A stretch of DNA of 64,000 nucleotides, from NCBI GenBank assembly GCA_013265495.1, contig MU058423.1:7177449-7241448 (forward strand), given 5' to 3'. The position numbers and the translations under genes were made by a program. Positions 52,740 through 64,000 of the stretch are shown one piece after another; position 1 is the first letter of the stretch; every line of letters starts with the position of its first letter. Under the pieces are notes generated by a model. That model ran no database searches and was not told where the DNA came from. It worked only from the letters and a program-made list of their open reading frames with translations. The DNA is from Vicugna vicugna (lineage: Eukaryota).

Positions 52740-53985
52740 TGAATGAATTTCAACTTATAAAAATAACATTAAAAATGCAGGGATTTTCTTTACTAAGATT
52801 TGCCAGGGGAATTACATTTGTTTTATCACTCGTTCTCCATCTCTTAGTAGGTATTGGCTTTTTCTAAAACATTTCAGCATAAGCAGGAAACACATATATC
52901 TCTCGATACTTTAGTGTATTTCTTGAAAAATAAGGACATTGTCTTACATAACCACAGCGAAATTATAAAAATCAGGCAGTTAACAATGACGTATTGCTAT
53001 TATATAATCTACAGGCTTTATTAAACTGTCACCAGTTATTCCAGGATCACATTAACTGTCTCATCTCTTTAGTTTCCTTTAACCTGAAATAACTCCTCTA
53101 CATGACCTTGTGTTTCATAACCTTATACTTTGGAAGAATTTCGAGCAGCTGTTTTATAGACTGCCCCACAATTTGGGTTTATCTAATGTCTCTTTATAGT
53201 TATAGTCAAGTTAGGCATATTTGTCAGGGATAACACAGAAGTGATGCAGTTTTCTTTCTAGTATGTCATGTCGGGAGGCACGTGTGTTGGTATGTTGCAT
53301 CACTGGTAATTTTAAATGTGATCACTTTGTTAACTTGGTGTCTGCCCTTTGTCCCCAGTGTAAAATTACTACTTTTCCATTTATCAGTAAGTATCTTATG
53401 GGAAGATGCTGTGAAACTATTCAAATATTCCATTTTCATCATACCTTTCACCATCCCCACTACTTTAAGCCTCCATTGGTGATTCTTGTCTAACGATTAA
53501 TTACTGCTTTAGTGGTTTCCAAATTACAGTATCTATTTCCATCATGCTTTTTACAGTGTAAACTCATACATACTTATTTTAGTCTATGGGTTATAATATG
53601 GCACTGTAATTATTTTGTTTTTCAAATTCCCCAGATTTACCAGTGGGATCCTCTACAAGCTGACTTCTGTGTCCTTTCTTCTTTGATTGAAAATGGTTGA
53701 GGTATATATATATATATCCATAAGTATATATATATGTGTGTGTGTGTGTGTGTATGTATGTGTGTGTGTGTGTGTGTGTGTATGTGTGTGTATATATATA
53801 TATGTTCATACTGTTACCTCTAATTCATATTCAACCAAAAAATATTTATTCTGGCCTTTTCTTCTTTTCCCTACTTGTAACTCAGTTTTCTAACATTGAG
53901 AACACTGGCTCTCATATCCACAAATTGTTTATTTTCTTAATCCTAGAACTTACAAAAATCAGTTTCAGAATTTTTTAGCCATTTC
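52740..53985 (-). mobile_element. Old L1 3'UTR (L1MC/ME-like) containing a microsatellite
   Basis: aataaggacattgtcttacataaccacag; ccccacaatttgggtttatctaatgt; cagtgtaaaattactacttttcc. Confidence 0.7.
53703..53803. repeat. Compound (TA)n/(TG)n microsatellite
   Basis: Seen directly. Confidence 0.95.
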
Positions 53986-54119
53986 CAAAAGAGCTGTACA
54001 TAATGCAGGCTAGATCCAGTTAATCAACTTTTAGAAGCTACATTCTGAAAAACTATTTCAAAAATTTGTGTAAAATTTAGTCCCATTCATCTTCCTCAAC
54101 AAGATACCCTCACTTCAGA

Positions 54120-54270
54120 ATTTTTTTGAGGTATAACTGAAACACAACATTTATTATTAGTGTCAGGTGTACAACATAATAATTCAGTATTTGTATATAT
54201 TACAAAATGATCAATACAATAAGTATAGTTAATTTCTGTCACCATAGATAGTTTCAGAGATTTTTTTTAG
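54120..54270 (-). mobile_element. L1 3'-end fragment
   Basis: ttttgaggtataactga...tcaggtgtacaacataat...tgtcaccatagatagtt. Confidence 0.75.
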
Positions 54271-54578
54271 AACTTTTAAATAGTATTATCTGACTTCCTG
54301 ATTTAAAATAAAAATTATAACATTTTCTGTGTCTTAGCTGTGTGACTGCACCTTGTTTTTTACCTTTACTGAAATCTGGTTAATCTCCTAAACTTATCCT
54401 TCCCTAAAAAACATTACTGTTAATCAGTTTCTTCATGGTTTGAAGAACAAATGAAATGAAATGTGTAAGAGTATGTATTGGTAAACAAGTCATTTTGAAA
54501 ATGAACTTTGAAAAATAAGTCTGCAAAAGTAATTCTCCATATCTTCCCAGGACATAATGCCATCTCTCCAGCAATACT

Positions 54579-54818
54579 TTTTTTTTCCCCCCTTGGTTTT
54601 TTTTTTGTTTTGTTTTGAAGTCCAGCTATTTATTTATTTATTTAACATTTTTTATTGATTTATAATTTTACAATGTTGTGTCAAATTCCAGTGTAGAGCA
54701 CAATTTTTCAATTATACATGAATATATATATATATATTCATTGTAACATTTTTTTCTCTGTGAGCTACCATAAGATCTTGTATATATTTCCCTGTGATAT
54801 ATGGTATAATCTTGTTTG
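54579..54818 (-). mobile_element. Young 5'-truncated L1 3' end with composite tail
   Basis: Perfect 12-bp TSD tccagcaatact (54567-54578, 54819-54830). Body nearly identical to 29430-29600. Confidence 0.92.
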
Positions 54819-57800
54819 TCCAGCAATACTCTTTTAAAAGTTACTGCCATTAGTCATTATGATAGTGTGTAATATTACATATTTCCAAAATACTTAATGT
54901 ATATTATAAATTACTCTATCTTTGAATTGATAGTTTTAGTCATAGCAAAGGTCACCACCAAAGAAAGCAATGTATCAATACTTTTACTTCTAGCATTTTC
55001 CTTTCTCCTTAGAGTTATGTTATATTTCAGATCTTTGTTAACGTGTTAATTTCCACAGCAACTTATTACTCCTGTCTGCAGATACCAGCTAAGTGGTAGC
55101 CAGATGCTTTACTCTTAATTCCCTACTGTGTTAATTGACAGGGCCATTGCTTTTAGCTATTGCTTTTTGCTATAGATCTACAAAATAAATTTTTGGGAAA
55201 AAAACTAATGTAAACCAAGGTCACGCTTTTTATCTTTTGTACTTTTTTATTGGAGGGTTGAATTACTCTTGTTTCAAGTAGTGACACTGATGAATGTGAT
55301 CATAAAAATTCTACTTTGATTTAATGAAGTGATTGAAATATTAGAGTACCCTGAAAACATTTGTGTGAACTAGTCACCATTGGACTACTATGTTTTTAGA
55401 GTAATTTTGATAAATCTAATTTGATTTAAAAGTACTTATAAACCAAATGTGAATTACATGTATTGTTTTTACTGACCATATGCTACAGGAAATATTAAAC
55501 TAAATTAGTACCAAGAGATAAAATTATGTTTTACAGGCCTGAGTGTCCTTTAGGGATATTGGGTGCAGTCAGCCTTTAAGAATGTCATCTTAACCGAAAT
55601 GATGATAATATGGTACCTCAAGCAGACTTTAAGATGAGTCAGTCCGTTCTACCTCGGCTGGATTGCAGAGATATTATTAAGCTTTCTCTCATTTCAGTTT
55701 GAAGCATTAGGGTAGTCTTTTGTTTTGCAGGTTATTTAGACATTGCATCTGCTGCAGGTGATCCATCTTCATTTGAAGCTGCACTCAGGTGCCTTCAGCG
55801 CTCATTGCTGTTACCAAGATCGTTGGCTCCTTTCATCCACTGTTGAAAGAGATCAAGGAGAGCCGGCACCGAAGACAGAGACAACACACATAAACAGCAA
55901 AGGAGTTTTCATGAAAATGAAAAATGAAAATAAAGGCTAAAACTTTAATCTAGATGAACTTTCAGATGAAAACCAGTTGTAACATTTTACATAGAACATT
56001 TCAGAAGCCTAGCCACACAAGACTGAGCATGAAAAAATCTGTAACTTTTAAATTTTGCTATTTCCTTATCTGTAATAGTGGTTTTTCACCAAAAGGTCTG
56101 ACATTAAAACATCAAGAAAATTGAGTGTGATCTTGGTCCAGACAGTTGGGCTCATTTATACTGACATTGTCTACTGAGTTTGATGTTTATAAGACGTTAT
56201 ATGATGGGCTGACTTTATTACCAGATCATTAAAAAGAAAAGAAAAAAGCTGAGATAGAGTAATTTGGCAAACATAGTATTTCTGGTGGCCTCAGAGCTCA
56301 TTTTAGCACTTTGAGTCTTACTCATTTATACTAGCTTTGACCTTCAATCTAAAATTTTGAAAGTTTATGAGTCTTTCTCTTCCTAATATAATACAAAACT
56401 GACTCTGTACTTTATCCTCAATGAAATATATTACTGTGCTCTGTGAAATAAAATTATTTTCACCTTATGATCATGGTGATGATAAATTTGCTGATTCTAT
56501 TAAATTGCAAATTCCGGAGCAGACATACAGGATGGGGTGACGAGCAACTCTATTGATAATTTTGAAAATTAGAAATATCTGAGATTGAGAAAAAGCATGA
56601 ATTTCTCTCCACCACATCATCCCATAAGCATATTTCGTTTGTGAAAGCTGTTTTATTCACCTTGGTACACATCTGTCATTTGTTGTTCCGAAGCACACCA
56701 CTGCTCCTTACAATCCATTTCACAATTTGAGTTTGATTCTTGGGGAAAGCAACTTATTGACAATTTATTCTTCTCTTATTGTCTATAGGCATCTTAAAAT
56801 AAATAACTTACGAATTCATTCTTCTCTAATTCTATGTATGCACTTCAAAATAATTTCTGACTTTAATAAGAAGGATAAAGTCCTCGGAGACAATGAATGA
56901 CCTGGTGAAAGTGTTACCCTACCTCCGCTTTTTGTGGCTGCTGGGGAGTCAGACAAGTCCTGAAAATGTGTTATGCCACAAAGTCCAAAGCAGCAAGTTC
57001 CGGCGCTGGAGTACTTTCTTGTCAGAATTTCATATTTGGTATTTCCCAGTTGTTTCTAAAATGACTTCCTCTGAGGATAGTGTTGAAATGTTGTGTGCAT
57101 GGCTGCTTGTCGAAGCCAAGAAATGGTGCAGAGCGGCTCACATGAGCTCTTCTAATTGTTCTTGTACTGGCACCGGAGGAATTCTCACAGATGGGTTTAT
57201 CATAACACTTTGTTAGCATTTTTGTAAAACAACTGCCTTTTCATCTGAAGGAAACCCTAGAGGAAAATACAACACTCAGGAATAGGGTCTGAATATTAAT
57301 TAATCAATGCTCTAAGTAGGAAGTTTTCTTTCTTGGTATGCTAAATATACATAGTTAATTTTGTTTATAAAATTCAGTTTCAGTTTTCTCAAGCTATACA
57401 CAGAAGTCATAGTTTCCAGATTTATAATGAATTTTTTTCTTTTCTATTTAATTCTTTCATTTTAGAATCTTTCACTTTGATATCTATTATTGTATACATG
57501 ATTAATTTAGGATGTTTGGCACATTTGCTATTGTCATTAATATTTATAATAAGTATCATTGGGTGAGTATTGATTAACTGTAGATATTTCAATGAAGGGC
57601 TTACAAGTTCCTGCAGGATACATTTTAAATTAGAACAGGTTCTATTGACTAGAATTTTGGTTTGCTTGTTTGTCTCTTTGTTGACTGGAAGTGTGGTGAT
57701 TTTTTTTTTTTAGCAATGAATATTCTTGTTTGATTAGTTACAGAAATTAATATTAAAGTTACTAAGGTCCTAAAAGAATAGTGTTGAATACAGGCTACTT

Positions 57801-57994
57801 TTATACTTTCTTCAACAACATTGGCACATTCGTTGTTACAATTCACATCAAAAAGGAGATACAGGGATAGTGTTATTTTGGTTGGGTACACATTTTTTGA
57901 AAAGCAATATTTCAAATTTCAAGTTGATCCCCCTGAGACAGTTATCCACCATCTAGTTTTGCCTGTTATTTATTGAATTCTGTCTTTTAAGCTT

Positions 57995-57996
<2 letters not shown>

Positions 57997-58036
<40 letters not shown>
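57997..58036. repeat. (TG)20 microsatellite
   Basis: Seen directly, perfect. Confidence 0.97.
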
Positions 58037-58042
<6 letters not shown>

Positions 58043-58639
58043 ATCGTAGTGAGAATAGTTAAAATTTAAATTTGCAGGACTCCTTTATTCTGTCTTTGCT
58101 TTCCTAAGGTCTACTAAAATTATCTTTCTCCTGTCCTTCATGTTGAGATGTTAATAAATGAGCTATCCTTTATTTTATGTAAAAAGTGAACACACTAATC
58201 TATCTGGTATCTTTCTTTTCTAATCTATTGTTCTCTCTTAATGAGAAATATGATTAATTCACTAACACATTTTCAAATAATCTTTATCATTAACCCTATT
58301 AATTTTAAAATGCTGTCAATTAACATTTATTCATGCTAATCGTCTTTTTATGTTTGATTTATGGTAGGCATTATTTTATTTTTGTTTGGCAGCACAACTA
58401 CGTAATTCACAACTTTTAAAAAAGTGATAAATTTTCTCATATTGAAGGAGGAATAATAAAATGGCCGTACTTAGGCTAAAAAATTCTTGGCTTTATGCTT
58501 ACTGCTTGCTTTTAGAACAATCAGCAAACCTGACTGGCCGGTTGGTTACTGCTCACAGCTCCTGGCCCATCGTTAAAACTAAAGCTATTGACCTTACTAT
58601 TTCTACTATATTCTGGTAATCAAAATTTATAATCATGCT

Positions 58640-59049
58640 TAGTCCCTGAGTCATTCTCTAGGGAGAAGGTCACAAGACTGTAACCTTACAAAATAGCCTG
58701 AATTACCAAGAGGACCACGCCTTGGGAGCTTAAAAGATAAAGAGATGGAAAGAGTGACAACCACTAGCCTCTGGTCACCTGGAGACACCATGATGCCACT
58801 CTGAGCCTTATGACGAAAATGATTCTGTTGATTGTTATCTATATTTTGTTGTTTGAGCTATGGCTGAATAATCACCCCACCCCATCCCCAAGATGGGTCC
58901 ACAGTTCTGAAGGCACTCGCCTGCTGTGGGTCCCCTTTGCCCAGCAAAGTAATAAAGCTGCCTCTTTTCTTCTAAGCTCCAAGACCTGGTCTTTGAGTTA
59001 TTTGGCTCATCAGTTGGCGGGGGTGGGGGGAGCAATATTTTGGCAACAA
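58640..59049 (+). mobile_element. ERV1-type LTR (5' boundary uncertain)
   Basis: cacagttctgaaggcactcgcctgctgtgggtcccctttgcc...AATAAAgct...ends ttttggcaaca. Confidence 0.7.
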
Positions 59050-60804
59050 TACCATAGTCTCTATTTGTGATATTTACCTTTCTTGTGTTCTAGACACACA
59101 GAAAGGAGTTTAAAATAAAATAAGAAGTGAATTATTTTGAAAAATATTAGTGCTTTAATGATGTTCAAAATCTACAATTATTCATATTGGTCAGCGTGGA
59201 AATTATTTGAAATTAAAGCCAACTGTCCCCAATACAACAGTAGAAATGCAATGAACCAGCGATTACCAGCTATAATGTTACAGTGATAGCTATTGTTACC
59301 TTTTAAAACATAATCCGAATGGATTCATTCCAGTGCAACATGCTTGATTTAAGGGAGTTTCTTTGACGTGGAGGAGTAAGAGCATTTCGTAGTGTGGTAT
59401 CAGAGACTCAGACCTTCATTCAAAGGCTGGCCAGAGTGGTGGACGAAATAGCAACCAGGGGGCACTGCAGCATTATGAAACTATCTTGAAGAAAATGACA
59501 AGAATCTGCTCTGAGTTTTCTTCAGAGTTTAAATATGATTTTTAGCTTCTTGTGATATAATTTTGAATGACCTTGGAAGAAAGGTTCTGTTAGGAGTTTG
59601 TTCTTAAAAACTAAGTCGGACTTTCCTCACTTGTCCCATTTTAAAACATGATTTTTATTTTAAAGACTTACATATATTTTAAAAGGATGGTATTTTTCTT
59701 AATATTAAAGAGCTGATTCCCAAGAACCTTAGGGAATTGTCAAGTGAGGTTAGAATTATAATTTTCTGTTCCATTTAATTTATTTTTAGAAACATGTATT
59801 TCTATTAGAGAACAACCTGAGATTTAAATTTAAACTTCTTTTTTTATATGTGGTATTTTGGACATTTCATATTTCCAACTCAATTTAAATGACATTATTG
59901 TATTCAATTTTACAGAAGAAAATTCAGTACATTTTACTTCAGTAGTACCTATTGAAAGACATTGAATATAGACCGAAGCAGTCTTCTTCCTCAATATAAA
60001 ATCAGTAAGAGAGGTTTTTCTTCACAATACTTTCCTAGGACAAATATAAATCACAATTTCCAGGGGGTAAATTGGTCAATGCTATTTGTTAATTTTAGAC
60101 TTCATTAAATTATCAAGTTTGTGTGTCTGTGTGTATATAGTAATAATCATATTATTTTAATATCTTGCACGAAGAAAAAGTGCTCTGAGCCAACAGAGTT
60201 GCTGTGGATTTCATTAGGTAGTAAGAAATGAAGGATCTGATTCTGTCAATCCATTTGCCTGGACAGATAATTATGGACCTTCAACTACCTCAGTAGGAAA
60301 TACTAAGGTAACTATTCACTTCGGCTTTTGAACTGTGAACAAAGCCTGTAGATCACTGATCAGCCAGAGCTCAGTCAACCTACCACTTCCACTCTGATAC
60401 TCACCTTCACTTTACTAGAAACATGTAAAGCAGTCTTAGCAGCCACAGTGCACATCCCGGCCTCCTTAGGCATCATTCACATACAAGATCTATGGTGTGT
60501 GTATATATTACTGCTGGACTCTCATTCCCACAATGCTCCGTATTCCATATTACTTCCATCCTTTAGGAGAGACAAGGGATCATGTCTAATGAGCATATTA
60601 ATGTTGTTACACCTTGCCACTGCAGTTTTACAGTTTGTATAATGTAGCTAAGAACACCCAATCTCTCCCTTTCGTCAGCTTAAGACCTCTAAAAATCTCT
60701 TCAGTTAGAAAACATGATTTCCATTTGCTAGACATAATACAAATATGTATTATACCAATGTATAGTATATTGGTATAATATATATTTATCAGACATTATT
60801 GCCA

Positions 60805-61259
60805 CTAGATCCACCTGGATCCCTTTCTTGCTTCTGTAAGCAGCTCCCCCTGTTTCTGTGTGTTTCCTTCTGAGGCTGGAGCACTTATCTTTCTTCAGAG
60901 GAAAACTCGTACTGCAGAGAGCAGAGACTCTTTGTGAGTTTGGGAGTTTATATCCCTCTGGATGGCCCTTAATCTGTAACTGACTGGTGAGTGAATCTGC
61001 AAGTGCAACTCTCTTGCTTTGGGCAAGTCAAGCAACGTGGTTCACCATGGGATCAAGGTGAAGCTGGGGTTTTTGTCTGAAATCTTACAATCTCACAGTC
61101 GTTTGACTTGTTCTCTTTTTATTTTTGTTTTGTTTTGGGTTTTTGTTTGTTTGTTTGTTTTCTGGGTTTTCTAACTTCTTAACCAATATCTTATGTTAAA
61201 TCACTGGCACACATATCCTTTCTTGGGATATCTGCTTCTAGGGAGTCTGACCTAAGGCA
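60805..61259 (+). mobile_element. LTR16-like ERVL LTR
   Basis: Ends tctgcttctagggagtctgacctaaggca, typical of the LTR16 3' end. Confidence 0.65.
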
Positions 61260-61784
61260 AGCAGATTTTCTATGGCTATTCACAATTTAAATCAGAGAGA
61301 AAGATGTTTTTATATAGATAACCCATAGAGAGTGTGTATGTGAGTATTCTTGCATAGAAAATAGACGAGGAGGGAATGTTTTATACTTTTGGTTTGGGAA
61401 ACATGGTGGACTGGAATAATTCAGAAACTTCTGCCTTGAATGTGGAAATACGGGCTAAAATGTAACTAGAAAGAATTAAATATATAGTTGTACGCGAAAG
61501 AGCAAAGAGAAAATGTCCAAGCATCAGAAGTGTGCATGCTGAAGCCCACGAGTGACAGGCAGCAAATATTGAGTCCCTTCCATCAGCTCCTATTAATTTC
61601 ATATGAAAACACACAACTTTAGAAGTTTCCATCATGGAAAGTTGAGTATGAATTTATACTACCAGTATAGTCCAAGAATCATCCAGGAGTTTATAAAATG
61701 TAAAAAGAAATAATAGTAGACGTATTTAGGAAACTAGAAATAAAAGGGAAATGAATAACCTGATAAAGACTATTGTTGCAATTC

Positions 61785-62200
61785 GTGTTTCCTTAGGAAG
61801 CCAACTCTGGGACAGAGATCAGCATATAGTTGGTTTCTTGGGGGGGACTCCTGGAATCAACTCTTGTAGAAGGGAGGGAAAAGGGACCAGGATAAAGCTG
61901 AGGGAAAAGATGGGTTGTGATGAAGCCTTAAAGGAAGCTTCAGCTGATGTACGGGGGAGCACTGAAGCTGGGATCCCTCTTCAAAGTTGTCCTGACGTGG
62001 GTAAGCAAGCAAGCATCTACACCTGTGACCATGTAATTCGGTGTAGGATATCCCAGGAAAAATTACTTTGGGTCGGGGGCTTTCTTTAGCCAAGACAATC
62101 CAGATAGAAGTTTAACAGCTTAGAACTGCCTGCCAGTAGCGTTCCACACCACTGAAGAAATGAGCCCTTCATTCCTAAATGGACATCTAAACAGGGAATG
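61785..62200 (-). mobile_element. LTR33/LTR16-like ERVL LTR
   Basis: ttccttaggaagccaactctgggacagagat...gggagcactgaagctgggatccctcttcaaagttgtcc. Confidence 0.6.
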
Positions 62201-62309
62201 ATAGGTTGGCCCAGATTTCTATTGGAAACTCAAAGGAATTCAAGGGAAATGATGAAAATTGAGAAGTATTTCTTTCAAATTAAAGTACAAGTCAAAATTT
62301 GTCACTATA

Positions 62310-62945
62310 ACCCCTTTTATTAGTATTATCCTGAAGGCACCAGTCATACAAGAATCAGAAATATGAATCATAAGAATCAGAAATACCAGAAGAAAAATTG
62401 ACATTACTCTGGTGTCAGGATCAACTGCTTCCCTCCACCTTCTCATCACGCATTTAAGCTCTGACCCTCTCCAGTCTTCTTTCTTCTAACACAATGTATC
62501 CCCAGTAGCTTGAATGGTTGAGGGTCCAATAGATTCTCGTTGAACCTTGTCCTACCAGACTTTCTTGGTGTGTTTAACACTGAGGGCTACTCCCTTCTGG
62601 GAAGATTTTGTCCTTTTGCCTTGGGTGACCCTGTTCTTGTTCTCTCCTGCCCGTGCTGGTTTTTTTCTACAGGCATCTCTCAGCAGCAGGTCTCCATGAC
62701 ACCCACTGCTCTTCCAACCACACAGCCCGCTTGACAGCCACATCCATTCTCATCTATATGCTAATGACTCTCAGATCTCCATGGCAGTCTTTGTCCTCAC
62801 TCAAGACTTTAGACCTGCTTCATCAATTGCCTCCCCATCTCCTTCAGGGTCCTGTAGTCCCCTCAAATTCAGAATGTATAAAACTAAACTCATCACTTTT
62901 CTTCCTCAAGCCTATTTCTTCTGTATTGCAAATTAATCACTGAAA
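62310..62945 (+). mobile_element. L2 relic
   Basis: ccattctcatctatatgctaatgactctcagatct...aaaactaaactcatca. Confidence 0.6.
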
Positions 62946-63509
62946 TCTAAATCCGAACCAAACCATGAGAGAAGCTATCCACTTAACCACATATACCTCA
63001 ATGTATTCATAACTTTTTCATATTGAGGACATTATATTTAGCATAAGAGCTCTATTTGGATCCATTTGAAATCTAACCCTAAGCTCACATATAAAGCTCA
63101 TATATAAAGAAGTTAAATTAATAAATGACCCATCTACTGCCTTACAAATTCAAATGAGATAATGTATGCTTTGTATGAATAGCTTTTAAAAGTTTTGATA
63201 ATTGACATTTCCCAGTGAATTTTGTATCAGATATAAATAAAGGAGATTTTTTTACTTCACATGTTATGTAATAAAGATAGATTTATGCTATTGAAACATC
63301 ACATGTAGTTGGAAATCTTTGGATCAAAGATTACACAAATTATTGTTCAAGGTTCTTAAAAATCTCAACTGACTTCCTTACACCCATAATTAACTACATT
63401 TTCTTGTGTATATAATCATTGAAAATGAATTAAGGTATTTATTGGTAGCTATTAACTCTATAAAGACACATTTATTTTTTCTAATAAATATTTCAAATAT
63501 TAAGTATTA

Positions 63510-63880
63510 CTGGAGGCAATCAGTTCAGTTCTCCTGAGCGGCACTCTCAGAACTGTATCAACAGTAGATTCCATACACAATGTATTAACAGTGGCTTATA
63601 TGTACACAGCTTTACCCTCTTAAAAAAATTCTGAATGTAAGCATCTTCTGGCTGATATGGCTACTCAAGGAAGTCATCAGATTCCTAGGACCAGGAAGTC
63701 GTCATATATCCTCAGAATAAACTCATAGTCTTGGACGGCTGCAAGAACTTCAGAATTGCATTAACCAGTTCTCATGAACATACACAACACTCACATATGT
63801 GAGTTAGTGAAGATCCCTAACTGCAAGGAAATCTGGAAAATGTAGTCTCTAGGTTGAGTATTTTGCTTCCTCCACGAAAC
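63510..63880. mobile_element. Old MaLR LTR (MLT1J/K-like)
   Basis: cctaactgcaaggaaatctggaaaatgtagtct. Confidence 0.5.
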
Positions 63881-64000
63881 TATTTTTCGAGACAAAAAGA
63901 GAAAAAGCATAATGAGTGGCAGCTAGTATTCTAACATTTGACTGAGCAATTACATTATTTAGTCTCATTTCAACTGAGCTATACATTTCAATTTCCTCTG

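Noticed and set aside
53591..53978. HT/CV-repeat ORFs
   Set aside because: Translation of the TA/TG microsatellite.

Overview
AT-rich mammalian genomic DNA. It is probably camelid, inferred from tRNA-Ala-derived SINEs and the sequence of the young L1 tails. Positions ~1-18.7 kb hold the 3' end of COL11A1 (collagen alpha-1(XI)) on the + strand. There are ten coding exons, about exons 58-67 in human numbering, all with AG/GT boundaries. They splice in frame into 372 aa: the end of the Gly-X-Y helix, the C-telopeptide with a KKTRR furin-type site, and a 7-Cys C-propeptide. A ~1.6 kb 3'UTR with several AATAAA signals and two miR-29 seed sites follows. The remaining ~45 kb has no supportable protein-coding gene. 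It is a patchwork of L1, L2, MIR, MaLR/ERVL/ERV1 LTRs, DNA-transposon relics, SINEs and microsatellites. I found no convincing novel biological system. The most notable oddities are a CpG-rich, AT-to-GC-shifted patch over the penultimate exon, a ~66 bp L1 tail with a sense AATAAA inserted just after a splice donor, a young antisense solo ERV1 LTR downstream of the gene, and a 22-bp-stem hairpin. Repeat family names and human sequence comparisons are from recall, and the boundaries of old repeats are approximate.
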